DNA of 64,000 bases, from positions 139,501-203,500 of the forward strand of contig CAVYUU010000010.1 in NCBI GenBank assembly GCA_963771745.1, in the 5' to 3' direction. The translations under genes were made by a program, and so were the position numbers. The notes beneath the pieces are model-generated. The model saw only the letters and a list, made by a program, of their open reading frames with translations. It was not told where the DNA came from and did not search any database. This DNA is from an uncultured Alphaproteobacteria bacterium (GTDB lineage: Bacteria > Pseudomonadota > Alphaproteobacteria > Rhizobiales > Xanthobacteraceae). Numbering within the stretch: the first letter of the stretch is position 1; each line of letters begins with the position of its first letter. This document shows, piece by piece, positions 38,867 through 48,473 of the stretch.

Positions 38867-39246
38867 GGCTGCTGCTCGACACGAATATCCTGATCGCGCT
38901 GTCTTCGGATCGGCGGGCGGCACTCGATGCCCGAATCGTCGGCGCGATCGCGGCTGCTGACAATTCGTGTTTCGCGAGCGTCGTGAGCTTGTGGGAAATT
39001 GCAATCAAACTGCGGCTCAGAAAGCTGAACACCCGCCTGACGTCCGTAGAGGTCGCCGACTATTTCGACGCAATGGACATCCCGTTGCTTGCGATCTCAC
39101 GCGACCATGTGCTCGCCGAAGTCGAACCCGAGCCGAAGACCCGCGATCCGTTCGACCGGCTGCTTCTCGGAATATGCCAAGCCGAAAGTCTGCGGCTTAT
39201 CACTCTGGACCGTGTTCTGACCGGTCACCCATTGGCATGGCGGTAG
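38863..39246 (+). CDS. vapC: PIN-domain VapC toxin
   Basis: MRLLLDTN, SVVSLWEIAIK, RDPFDRLL, LITLD: the conserved acidic PIN residues. Confidence 0.9.
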   Translation: MRLLLDTNILIALSSDRRAALDARIVGAIAAADNSCFASVVSLWEIAIKLRLRKLNTRLTSVEVADYFDAMDIPLLAISRDHVLAEVEPEPKTRDPFDRLLLGICQAESLRLITLDRVLTGHPLAWR

Positions 39247-39249
39247 GTG

Positions 39250-41574
39250 TCAGCCCGCCTTGCCGTTGCCGATCGCCCGCCACACCCGCTCCGGCGTTGC
39301 CGGCATCTCGATATGGCGCACGCCGAACTCGGCCAGCGCGTCGACCACGGCATTGGCGACCGCCGGCATGGCCCCGACGCAGCCGGCCTCGCCCGCGCCC
39401 TTGACGCCAAGCGGGTTGGTCTTGGTCGGCACCGGATTGGCCTTGACGTCGACGTTGGAGAAGTCGTGGGCGCGCGGCATGGCGTAGTCCATGAACGAGC
39501 CGGTGGTGATCTGGCCTGAGCCGTCGAAGTTGATGTCCTCCAGCAGGATCTGGCCGACGCCCATCGCGACGCCGCCGACGATCTGGCCCTTCAGCAACAG
39601 CGGGTTGATCACGGTGCCGACGTCGTCGACCACGCTGTATTTGACGATCTCGGTCCGGCCGGTCTCCGGGTCGATCTCGACCTCACAGACGTGCACGCCG
39701 TTCGGGAAGTTCTCGACCTCGGCCGTGTAGGTCGCGTTGGCGAACAGCCCGACCTCCATGGTTTTCGGCAGCCTCGCCGGGTTCACGGCGTCTTGCGCCA
39801 CATCCTTGATGGTCATGGTCTGGTTGGTCTTCGGGCTCGAGAAAATGCCTTCCTCGAACTTGACGTCCGCGACGTCGACCTTGAGGTTGTGGGCGGCGAT
39901 CGCCTTAGCCTTGGTGATGATCTTCTCGGCCGCGTTGTGGAATGCCGAGCCCGACATGGTGGCCGAGCGCGAGCCGCCGGTGCCCTCGCCGAAGAACACC
40001 TTGTCTGTGTCGCCCTGGATGTACTCGATGTCGTTGGGATGGATACCGAGCTTGTCGGCGACCACCTGTTTGAACGTGGTCTCGTGGCCCTGGCCCTGAT
40101 TGATGCTGCCGGACAGCATCTGCACCGTGCCGGTGCGGTCGAAGCGGATTTCGGCACCTTCGAAGCCGGCCGCCGCCGCGCGTTCGATGGTGTTCGACAT
40201 GCCAAGACCGCGCAGCTTGCCGTTCCGCTTCGACTCGGCGCGACGTTTGGCGAAGCCCGCCACGTCGGCGAGCTTGAGCGCCAGATCCATGCCCTTCTCG
40301 AACTCACCGCAGTCGTAGGTGAAGGTCACGCTGCTCTTGAACGGCATGGCTTCAGGCGGGATGTAGTTCTTTCGTCTGATCTCGGCCGCGTCCATATTCA
40401 GTTCGCGGGCAGCAAGATCGACCATGCGCTCGATCACATAGGCGGCTTCCGGCCGGCCGTTGCCGCGGTAGGGGCGGCACGGCATCGTGTGCGTGAACAC
40501 CGCGGTCGATTCCACATAGGCGGCGGGCGTGCGGTAAACGCCGGCCAGCGTGCCGAGATTGCCGGTGTAGGCCTGGAAGCCGGATTGCAGGTAGGCGCCG
40601 GCGTTGACGAAAGACGAGATACGCAGCCCGAGAAACGTGCCGTCTTCGGCCAGCGCCAGCTCGGCATCGGTGACATTGTCGCGCGCTTGCGCGTCGGCCA
40701 GGAACGCTTCGGACCGCGTGCTGGTCCATTTCACCGGCCGGCGGATCAACTTCGAGGCGAGCAGCACCAGCGGCACCTCATTGTAGACCGCCGACTTCAT
40801 GCCGAAGCTGCCGCCGATGTCGCCGGCGATCACGCGAACCTTGTGCTCGGGGACCTTCAAGATCAACTTGGCGAGCTCCGAGCGATAGGGATGCGTGCGC
40901 TGCAGCGTGGTGTAGACCGTGTAGTGGTCGGTGATGGCGTTGTAGTCGCCGATCGAGCCGCGCGGCTCCATCGACGCGGTGGTGACGCGGTTGATGACCA
41001 GGCGCTGCTTGACCACGCGGGCGGCCTTGGCGAAGGCCGCGTCGGTCTTGGCCTTGTCGCCGTGGATCGCGGTGAAGCAGATGTTGTCCTTGCAATCCTC
41101 CCAGACCAGCGGCGCACCGGGTTTGGCGGCGTCGCCGGTGCCGAGCACCGCTGGCAGCGGCTCGTAGTCCACTTCAATCAGCTCGGCCGCGTCGGCGGCT
41201 TGATGCCGGGTCTCGGCGACCACGAAAGCCACGTAGTCGCCGACGAAGCGCGTGCGGTCCTTGACCAGCGCCGGATAGCGCGGCCGGTAGTTGGTCGAGC
41301 CGTCGCGGCGCTTGTGGGTGCCGGGCACCGGCAGGTCGCCCCAGCCGGACTTGATCCAGTCGTCGCCGGTGAGCACCGCCAGCACGCCGGGCGCAGCCTT
41401 GGCCTTGGCGGGGTCGATCTTGCGGATCCTGGCGTGGGCGTGGGGCGAGCGCAGCACGTGGCCGAACGCCATCCCGGGCAGCGTAAAGTCGTCGACATAT
41501 TGACCGCCGCCGCGCAGCAGCCGCGGGTCCTCGAACCGGGGTACGCCCTGACCAATCGCAAACTCGCCCATCAC
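39250..41574 (-). CDS. Xanthine dehydrogenase family Mo-binding large subunit (CoxL-like, not form I CODH)
   Basis: GQGVPRFEDPRLLRGGG, ASMEPRG, IGGSFGMK, active-site loop PYRGNGRPE, QGQGHET, GTGGSRS, GVKGAGE. Confidence 0.92.
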   Translation of the reverse strand: MMGEFAIGQGVPRFEDPRLLRGGGQYVDDFTLPGMAFGHVLRSPHAHARIRKIDPAKAKAAPGVLAVLTGDDWIKSGWGDLPVPGTHKRRDGSTNYRPRYPALVKDRTRFVGDYVAFVVAETRHQAADAAELIEVDYEPLPAVLGTGDAAKPGAPLVWEDCKDNICFTAIHGDKAKTDAAFAKAARVVKQRLVINRVTTASMEPRGSIGDYNAITDHYTVYTTLQRTHPYRSELAKLILKVPEHKVRVIAGDIGGSFGMKSAVYNEVPLVLLASKLIRRPVKWTSTRSEAFLADAQARDNVTDAELALAEDGTFLGLRISSFVNAGAYLQSGFQAYTGNLGTLAGVYRTPAAYVESTAVFTHTMPCRPYRGNGRPEAAYVIERMVDLAARELNMDAAEIRRKNYIPPEAMPFKSSVTFTYDCGEFEKGMDLALKLADVAGFAKRRAESKRNGKLRGLGMSNTIERAAAAGFEGAEIRFDRTGTVQMLSGSINQGQGHETTFKQVVADKLGIHPNDIEYIQGDTDKVFFGEGTGGSRSATMSGSAFHNAAEKIITKAKAIAAHNLKVDVADVKFEEGIFSSPKTNQTMTIKDVAQDAVNPARLPKTMEVGLFANATYTAEVENFPNGVHVCEVEIDPETGRTEIVKYSVVDDVGTVINPLLLKGQIVGGVAMGVGQILLEDINFDGSGQITTGSFMDYAMPRAHDFSNVDVKANPVPTKTNPLGVKGAGEAGCVGAMPAVANAVVDALAEFGVRHIEMPATPERVWRAIGNGKAG

Positions 41575-41592
41575 GCCCTCTTGCTCAGCCTT

Positions 41593-41674
41593 GTCACGCC
41601 CGGCCTCATGCCGGACATCCCGTTTAGGGACCTCCTAAGCGGGATGGCCGGGACAACGGGGCCCCGGCCATGAC
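41593..41674. repeat. REP-like composite, family A
   Basis: GTCACGCCCGGCCTCATGCCGGACATCCC...GGGATGGCCGGGACAA...CCCGGCCATGAC. Confidence 0.7.
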
Positions 41675-41862
41675 TTCATTGTTAAACCAGCCATCGATTT
41701 ATCACAGCTCAATGCCGTTTGCTTAGCCTTTGGTCTGGTGTGGCGCAGCCAAGCCTTGACCCGCCTGCATGGGTCCATTTTGATCGATCCGGGACCCGTC
41801 AGCGAGGGGCGGCGGGAGGGGAACGGCCGCGTGAGGGGATCACGCGGACATGGGAGGATGCC

Positions 41863-43839
41863 GTGGCGAGCGCTGCTCCAGCCGAGGCGGATACCTTTCC
41901 AAAATTGCTGATCCGAAACGCCCATGTGTTCGGGGCGCGGCCGGCGCTGCGTCACAAGGATTTGGGCATCTGGCAGACCTGGACCTGGGCGGAGGTGCTG
42001 GCGGAGGTGCGGGCGCTGACGGTCGGGCTGCACCGCCTGGGATTGCGGCGCGGCGACACCATCGCGATCGTCGGCTCCAACCGGCCGAAGCTCTACTGGT
42101 CAGTGACGGCGGCGCAGGCGCTCGGTGCCATCCCGGTGCCGGTCTATGCCGACGCGGTGGCGGACGAGCTGGCCTACGTGCTGGCGCACGCCGAGGTGCG
42201 CTTCGCGGCGGTCGAGGATCAGGAGCAGGTCGACAAGATCCTGTCGGTCTCGGACCGGCTGCCGAAGCTCGAGAAGATGGTCTACGACGAGCGCAAGGGG
42301 CTGCGCGACTACGACCACACCAATCTGCACTCGATCGACGACATCATCGCCGACGGCCGCAAGGCGCTGGCGCAGGATGCATCGTGCGCCGGCTGGCTCG
42401 ATCGCGAGATCGCGACCGGCAAGGGCTCGGACACCTCGGTCATCCTCTACACGTCGGGGACCACCGGGCAATCGAAGGGGGTCGTGCTCTCGGCCGAGGG
42501 CTGCATCCGCGCCGGCTCCGACACGGTGGCCTTCGACAAGCTGACCGAGCAGGACGAGGCGCTGGCCTATCTGCCGCTCGCCTGGGTCGGCGACCATTAT
42601 CTCAACTACGTGCAAGGCTTGATCTCGGCGTTCTGCATGGCGTGCCCGGAAAGCGGCGACACCGTGATGCAGGACCTGCGCGAGATCGGGCCGACGTTCT
42701 ACTTCGCGCCGCCGCGCACCTTCGAGCAGATATTGACCCGCGTCATGATCCGCATGGCGGATGCGGGCTTCCTCAAGCGCCGCATGTTCCACGCATTCAT
42801 CGGCGTGGCGCGCCGCTACGGCGAAGCGATCCTCAACGGCGAGCGCGTGCCGCTGCACGGCCGGCTGCTGTACGCGCTCGGCCGGCTGCTGGTCTACGAG
42901 CCGCTCAAGAACGTGCTCGGGCTGTCGCGGGTACGCATCGCTTACACCGCGGGCGAGGCGATCGGGCCGGACCTGTTCTCGTTCTATCGTTCGCTCGGCC
43001 TGAACTTGAAGCAGCTCTACGGCCAGACCGAAGCGTTCCTCTATCTCACCGCGCAGCGCGACGGCGAAATCTACGCCGACAGCGTCGGGGTTGCGCTGCC
43101 GAACGTCGACATCCGCATCTCCGACTCGGGCGAGGTGCAGTTCAAGTCGCCCGGGATGTTCGTCGGCTACTTCAAGGACGACGGCAAGACCAAGGAGACG
43201 CTGACGCCCGACGGCTACGTCAAGACCGGCGACGCCGGTTTCTTCGACGCCAAGACCGGCCACCTGAAGATCATCGATCGCGCCAAGGACGTCGGCAAGC
43301 TGAAGAACGGTACGCTGTTCCCACCGAAGTACGTCGAGAACAAGCTGAAGTTTTATCCCAACATCCGCGAGGCGGTGGCCTACGGCGATGCGCGCGACTT
43401 CGTCGCGGTGATGCTCAACATCGATCTGGCCGCGGTCGGAAGCTGGGCCGAGCGCAACAACGTGGTCTACGGCTCCTACCAGGAGCTCGCCGGCCATCCC
43501 CAGGTCTATGACCTGATCGCGCAAAGCGTCGAGGAGGTGAACCGCTCGCTCGCCGAAGACCCGGTGACGGCGGGGGCGCAGATCAAGCGCTTTCTGATCC
43601 TGCACAAGGAGCTCGATGCCGACGACGGCGAGGTGACGCGGACCATGAAGGTGCGCCGCGGCTTCGTCGCCGACCGCTACGCGCCGCTGATCAACGCGCT
43701 CTATGACGGTTCGAGCGAGGCCAACATTTCCACCGAGGTCACCTTCGAGGACGGCCGCAAGGGCGTCCTCGCCGCGCGGGTGAAGGTGCGCGATGCGGCG
43801 ACGGTGCCGGTCGCCACGACGATGGGGAAGGCAGCATGA
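41863..43839 (+). CDS. Long-chain fatty-acid-CoA ligase-like AMP-binding protein
   Basis: GGAGGA RBS then GTG; P-loop ILYTSGTTGQSKG, YGQTE, KTGDAG, IIDRAKD, EVTRTMKVRR. Confidence 0.93.
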   Translation: MASAAPAEADTFPKLLIRNAHVFGARPALRHKDLGIWQTWTWAEVLAEVRALTVGLHRLGLRRGDTIAIVGSNRPKLYWSVTAAQALGAIPVPVYADAVADELAYVLAHAEVRFAAVEDQEQVDKILSVSDRLPKLEKMVYDERKGLRDYDHTNLHSIDDIIADGRKALAQDASCAGWLDREIATGKGSDTSVILYTSGTTGQSKGVVLSAEGCIRAGSDTVAFDKLTEQDEALAYLPLAWVGDHYLNYVQGLISAFCMACPESGDTVMQDLREIGPTFYFAPPRTFEQILTRVMIRMADAGFLKRRMFHAFIGVARRYGEAILNGERVPLHGRLLYALGRLLVYEPLKNVLGLSRVRIAYTAGEAIGPDLFSFYRSLGLNLKQLYGQTEAFLYLTAQRDGEIYADSVGVALPNVDIRISDSGEVQFKSPGMFVGYFKDDGKTKETLTPDGYVKTGDAGFFDAKTGHLKIIDRAKDVGKLKNGTLFPPKYVENKLKFYPNIREAVAYGDARDFVAVMLNIDLAAVGSWAERNNVVYGSYQELAGHPQVYDLIAQSVEEVNRSLAEDPVTAGAQIKRFLILHKELDADDGEVTRTMKVRRGFVADRYAPLINALYDGSSEANISTEVTFEDGRKGVLAARVKVRDAATVPVATTMGKAA

Positions 43840-43906
43840 GCGTGCCACGCACTCGCTTGACCTCCCCCCTCCAGGGCAGGGTGGGCGCCTGCGGAGCTGC
43901 CGCGCC

Positions 43907-44707
43907 ATGAGAGCGCCCAACGCCAGCGACACCGCCGCCGGCGAGGTGCTGCTGTCGGTCGAGCGCGTGTCGCTGTCGTTCGGCGGCGTGGTTGCGATCC
44001 GCGACGTGTCGTTCGACATCAAGAAGGGTGAGGTGCGCGCCATCATCGGCCCGAACGGCGCCGGCAAGACCTCGATGCTCAACGTCATCAACGGCTTCTA
44101 CCAGCCGCAGCAGGGCCGCATCACGTTCAAGGGCAAGACCCGCAGCAAGATGCGGCCGTACGACGCCGCCCACGGCGGCATCGCACGCACCTTCCAGAAT
44201 CTCGCGCTGTTCCGCGGCATGAGCGCGCTCGACAACATCATGGCCGGCCGCACGCTCAAGATGAATCGCGGGCTGTTCTGGCAGCTGCTGCGCGTCGGCC
44301 CGGCTCAGGCCGAGGAGGTCGAGCATCGCGAGCGGGTCGAGGAGATCATCGATTTCCTGGAGATCCAGGCAATCCGCAAGGTGCCGGTGGCGCAGCTTCC
44401 CTACGGCTTGCAGAAGCGGGTCGAGCTCGGCCGCGCCCTTGCCATGGAGCCCGACTTGCTGCTGCTCGACGAGCCGATGGCCGGCATGAATCTCGAGGAA
44501 AAGGAGGACATGTCGCGCTTTATCATCGACGTCAATGATCACTATGGCACCACCATCGCGCTCATCGAGCACGACATGGGCGTGGTGATGGACCTGTCGA
44601 ATCGCGTGGTGGTGCTCGACCACGGCGTCAAGATCGCTGACGGCACGCCGGACGAGGTCAAGCGCGAGCAGAGCGTGATCGACGCCTATCTCGGAGTAGC
44701 ACATTGA
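43907..44707 (+). CDS. HAAT (Liv-type) ABC transporter ATP-binding protein (LivG-like)
   Basis: GPNGAGKT, ARTFQN, LPYGLQKRVELGRAL, LLLDEP, LIEHDM, VIDAYLG. Start uncertain (an ATG also overlaps the ligase stop at 43836). Confidence 0.92.
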   Translation: MRAPNASDTAAGEVLLSVERVSLSFGGVVAIRDVSFDIKKGEVRAIIGPNGAGKTSMLNVINGFYQPQQGRITFKGKTRSKMRPYDAAHGGIARTFQNLALFRGMSALDNIMAGRTLKMNRGLFWQLLRVGPAQAEEVEHRERVEEIIDFLEIQAIRKVPVAQLPYGLQKRVELGRALAMEPDLLLLDEPMAGMNLEEKEDMSRFIIDVNDHYGTTIALIEHDMGVVMDLSNRVVVLDHGVKIADGTPDEVKREQSVIDAYLGVAH

Positions 44708-44727
44708 TGAGGTCCGATCTCTCCCGG

Positions 44728-44823
44728 CCTCATGCTGAGGAGCATCGCGCAGCGATGCGTCTCGAAGCATGGGCCGCCCTCGATCCTTCGAGACGCGGGC
44801 TTCGCCCGCTCCGCAGGATGAGG
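44728..44823. repeat. REP-like composite, family B
   Basis: CCTCATGCTGAGGAG...CGTCTCGAAG...CTTCGAGACG...CAGGATGAGG; related to 3942-4053. Confidence 0.8.
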
Positions 44824-44853
44824 GCGGAGCAATTCTGCGTTGAGGCTTGATCG

Positions 44854-45816
44854 ATGGACCTGCTCTACAAAATCCTCATCGATCCGTTCGTGCAAATGGG
44901 CACGGCGCCGGACCTGTTGGTGCAGACGCTGTGGGAGGGGCTGGTCGGCGGCGTGCTCTACGCGCTGATCGCGCTCGGCTTTGTGCTGATCTTCAAGGCC
45001 TCCGGGGTGTTCAACTTCGCCCAGGGCATCATGGTGGTGTTCGCGGCGCTGACGCTGGTCGGGTTGTACGGGCTCGGCATGCCGGCGATTGTCGCGCTGG
45101 CGCTGACCATTGCGGTGATGTTCGCGCTGGCCTTCGCGATCGAGCGCGTCGTGCTGCGCCCGCTGGTCAACCAGCCCGACATCATTCTGTTCATGGCGAC
45201 CTTCGGCCTGACCTATGTGCTGATCGGCGCGGGCCAGCTGGTGTTCGGCGGCGATTCCAAGATCATGATCACCGAGCAGCTCTATCTGCCGAAGGGTGCG
45301 ATCAACATCAACGCGTTCGGCGGCTTGATAACGTTGCAAAAGCTCGACATCGCGGCCGCCGTCATCGCCACCGTCATGGTCGCAGGCCTGTCGGTGTTCT
45401 TCTCCAAGACCCGTATCGGCCGCGCGCTGCGGGCGGTCGCCGACAGCCACCGCGCGGCGCTTGCTGTCGGCATCTCGCTCGAGCAGATCTGGGTGGTGGT
45501 GTGGTTTGCCTCGGGCCTGGTCGCGCTCGTCACCGGCATCATGTGGGGCGCGCGCTCCGAGGTGTCGTTTGCGCTGGAGATCATCGCGCTGAAAGCCTTG
45601 CCGGTGCTGATCCTCGGCGGGCTGACGTCGGTCCCGGGCGCCATCGTCGGCGGCTTGATCATCGGCGTCGGCGAGAAGCTCGCGGAATTCTACTGGGGCC
45701 CGCTGATCGGCGGCGGCACCGACAGCTGGTTCGCCTATGTGATCGCGCTGGTGTGCCTGCTGTTCTGGCCGCACGGCCTGTTCGGCGAAAAGATCATTCG
45801 AGCGGAAGATTGCTAG
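44854..45816 (+). CDS. HAAT ABC permease (LivH-like)
   Basis: YALIALGFVLIFKASGVFNFAQG, TRIGRALRAVA, LGGLTSVPGAIVGG, PHGLFGEK. Confidence 0.93.
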   Translation: MDLLYKILIDPFVQMGTAPDLLVQTLWEGLVGGVLYALIALGFVLIFKASGVFNFAQGIMVVFAALTLVGLYGLGMPAIVALALTIAVMFALAFAIERVVLRPLVNQPDIILFMATFGLTYVLIGAGQLVFGGDSKIMITEQLYLPKGAININAFGGLITLQKLDIAAAVIATVMVAGLSVFFSKTRIGRALRAVADSHRAALAVGISLEQIWVVVWFASGLVALVTGIMWGARSEVSFALEIIALKALPVLILGGLTSVPGAIVGGLIIGVGEKLAEFYWGPLIGGGTDSWFAYVIALVCLLFWPHGLFGEKIIRAEDC

Positions 45817-45818
45817 GA

Positions 45819-45924
45819 GAGCATGATCCCGAAAAGTGTGCAGCGGTTTTCGGGACAAGATCATGCTCAAGGGAGGAGCATGATCCCGAAAAGTGTGCAG
45901 CGGTTTTCGGACAAGATCATGCTC
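45819..45924 (+). repeat. Tandem pair of RIME/BRU-RS-like elements (copies 4 and 5)
   Basis: 45819-45868 and 45876-45924: GAGCATGATCCCGAAAAGTGTGCAGCGGTTTTCGG(G)ACAAGATCATGCTC, differing by one G. Confidence 0.88.
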
Positions 45925-45937
45925 AAGGGATAGCCAG

Positions 45938-47011
45938 ATGCTTTATCGCGAAACCGGCCAGTTCAAGACCAGCTACCAGAGCGATCAGGCGGTGTTCCCG
46001 ATCCTGCAGGATCGCATCGGCATCACCATCATCATCGTCGCTGCCTACGCGCTGGCGTTCGCGCACAATGATTTCCTGCTCAACGCCATCATGATCCCGT
46101 TCCTGATCTTCGCGCTGGCGGCGATCGGGCTGAACATCCTCACCGGCTACACCGGACTGCTCTCGCTCGGTAGCGGCGCGTTCATGGGGGTCGGAGCCTA
46201 TGCCTGCTACAAGCTCACCACCATCTTCCCGAACGTCAACATTCTGATCTGGATCATCTGCTCGGGCTTTTTCTCGGCGCTGGTCGGCGTGGCGTTCGGC
46301 GTGCCGTCGTTGCGCATCAAGGGCTTCTATCTCGCGATCGCCACGCTCGCGGCTCAGTTCTTTCTGGAATGGTGCTTCACCCGCATTGCGTGGCTGTACA
46401 ATTACAACGTCTCCGGCGCGATCGAAGTGCCACAGCGCGAGCTGTTCGGCATCATCGTCACCGGCCCGCGCGCGGCTGCAAGCACGCGCTACCTGATCGT
46501 GCTGACCATTATCATCGCCATGACCTGGATCGCCTCCAACCTGGTGCGTGGCCGCATCGGCCGGATGTGGATGGCGGTGCGCGACATGGACATCGCGGCC
46601 GAGCTGATGGGCATCCGGATGCTGCCGACCAAGCTCCTGGCGTTTGCGATCTCCTCGTTCTATTGCGGCGTGGCCGGCGCGCTCCTGGTGTTCCTCTGGT
46701 ACGGCAGCGCCGAATCCACCGTGTTCTCGATCAATCAGAGCTTCACGATCCTGTTCATGATCATCATCGGCGGGCTCGGCAGCCTGCTCGGCTCGTTCCT
46801 GGGCGCGGCGCTGATCTACATCCTGCCGATCGCGCTCAAATTCGTACCGACCGAGCTCGGCATCCCGCTGGCGCCTGCCACCGTCGAGCACCTGACCTTC
46901 ATGCTGGTGGGCGCCCTGATCGTGTTTTTCCTGATCGTCGAACCGCATGGCCTGGCAAGGCTTTGGCAGATCGGCAAGCAGAAATTGAGGGTGTGGCCGT
47001 TTCCCTATTGA
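45938..47011 (+). CDS. HAAT ABC permease (LivM-like)
   Basis: MLYRETGQFKTSY, GLNILTGYTG, LRIKGFYLAIATLA, GRMWMAVRD, IIGGLGS, EPHGLARLW. Confidence 0.93.
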   Translation: MLYRETGQFKTSYQSDQAVFPILQDRIGITIIIVAAYALAFAHNDFLLNAIMIPFLIFALAAIGLNILTGYTGLLSLGSGAFMGVGAYACYKLTTIFPNVNILIWIICSGFFSALVGVAFGVPSLRIKGFYLAIATLAAQFFLEWCFTRIAWLYNYNVSGAIEVPQRELFGIIVTGPRAAASTRYLIVLTIIIAMTWIASNLVRGRIGRMWMAVRDMDIAAELMGIRMLPTKLLAFAISSFYCGVAGALLVFLWYGSAESTVFSINQSFTILFMIIIGGLGSLLGSFLGAALIYILPIALKFVPTELGIPLAPATVEHLTFMLVGALIVFFLIVEPHGLARLWQIGKQKLRVWPFPY

Positions 47012-47077
47012 TAGTGCAAAATAGGGTCCAACGGCCGGAGTGAACGTCAGGCCGCATCAATCCCGAGGAGGAACGCG

Positions 47078-48409
47078 ATGAAATTCAGGTTGCTTGTTCT
47101 GGGCGCCGCCGTCGCCGTGACGATGGGCGCCGGCCAATTCGCGACGGCGCAGGCGCAGGACAGCGTCTATGTCCCGATCTTGTCGTATCGGACCGGGCCG
47201 TTCTCGGTCGGCGGCATCCCGATCGCCAACGGCATGCACGATTATTTCGCCATGCTCAACGAGCGCGACGGCGGCATCGGCGGCGCCAAGGTCGTGTATG
47301 AGGAGTGCGAGACCGGCTACGACACCAAGAAGGGCGTCGAATGCTACGAGTCGATCAAGGGCAAGAACCCGGCTGTGATCTCGCCCTACTCGACCGGCAT
47401 CACGCTCGCGCTGATTCCGAAGGCCAGCGTCGACAAGATTCCGATCCTGTCGATGGCCTATGGCCTCTCGGCGGCGGCGGTCGGCAAGGACTTCCCGTGG
47501 ATCTTCAACCCACCGGCGACCTACTGGGACGGGCTGTCGATGATCTTCAAGTACATCGGCGAGAAGGAAGGCGGCCTGGAGAAGCTCAAGGGCAAGACCA
47601 TCGGCTTCATCTTCCTGGAGAGCGGCTACGGCCGCGAGCCGCTGCCGCTGCTTGAGGATTACGCCAAGCAATACGGCTTCACGGTCAAGGAATACTCGGT
47701 CGCCGGCAAGGAAATGCAGGACCAGTCGGCGCAATGGCTGTCGGTCCGGCGCGACCGTCCGGCCTGGATGATCATGTGGGGCTGGGGCGCGATGAATCCG
47801 ACCGCGGTCAAGCGCGCGTCGGAAAGCGGCTTCCCGCTCGACAAGTTCATCGGCATCTGGTGGTCGGGCAGCGAGGACGACACCCGTCCGGCCGGCGGCG
47901 GCAGCAAGGGCTATCTCAGCCTCAACTTCAGCGGCATCGGCACCGACTATCCGATCATCCAGGACATCAAGAAGCACGTCGTGGACAAGGGCAAGAGCCA
48001 GGTCGAGAAGGACAAGTTCGGCGAGAATTACTACAACCGCGGCGTCTATAACGGAGTGCTGATCTCCGAGGCGATCCGCAACGCCCAACGCATCACCGGC
48101 AAGAAATCGGTGGTCGGCGCCGACGTGCGTCGCGGCCTGGAAAGTCTCAATCTCACCGAGGCACGCCTCAAGGAGCTTGGCATGGCCGGATTCGCCGCGC
48201 CGATCACCGGCGTGAACTGCACCGACCATAACGGCCATGGCGCGGCGTTCATGCAGCAATGGGACGGCACCAAGTGGGTCAAGATCACCGATTGGATCAC
48301 GCCCATGAAGGACAAGGTGCGGCCGATGCTGGAAAAGGCCGCCGAGGACTATGTCTCCAAGGCCACCGGCTGGCCGAAGCGCACCGAGGAATGCGACAAG
48401 TCTTCGTAA
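47078..48409 (+). CDS. HAAT ABC substrate-binding protein (Peripla_BP_6)
   Basis: Signal peptide; LSYRTGPF, NERDGGIGG, ECETGYDT, WGWGAMNP, CTDHNG. Confidence 0.92.
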   Translation: MKFRLLVLGAAVAVTMGAGQFATAQAQDSVYVPILSYRTGPFSVGGIPIANGMHDYFAMLNERDGGIGGAKVVYEECETGYDTKKGVECYESIKGKNPAVISPYSTGITLALIPKASVDKIPILSMAYGLSAAAVGKDFPWIFNPPATYWDGLSMIFKYIGEKEGGLEKLKGKTIGFIFLESGYGREPLPLLEDYAKQYGFTVKEYSVAGKEMQDQSAQWLSVRRDRPAWMIMWGWGAMNPTAVKRASESGFPLDKFIGIWWSGSEDDTRPAGGGSKGYLSLNFSGIGTDYPIIQDIKKHVVDKGKSQVEKDKFGENYYNRGVYNGVLISEAIRNAQRITGKKSVVGADVRRGLESLNLTEARLKELGMAGFAAPITGVNCTDHNGHGAAFMQQWDGTKWVKITDWITPMKDKVRPMLEKAAEDYVSKATGWPKRTEECDKSS

Positions 48410-48473
48410 CCCTCTCGCTCGACACCAACAACCTCTCCCCGCTTCGGCGGGGAGAGACGTCTTGGGAGGTATC

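Noticed and set aside
39250-41574. Carbon monoxide dehydrogenase (true CoxL)
   Set aside because: Lacks the Cu-binding AYxCSFR loop and the coxMS/accessory genes.
45819-45924. Possible mini CRISPR array (two palindromic direct repeats)
   Set aside because: Repeats are about 49 bp with only a 7-nt gap, belong to a dispersed family, and no cas genes are present.
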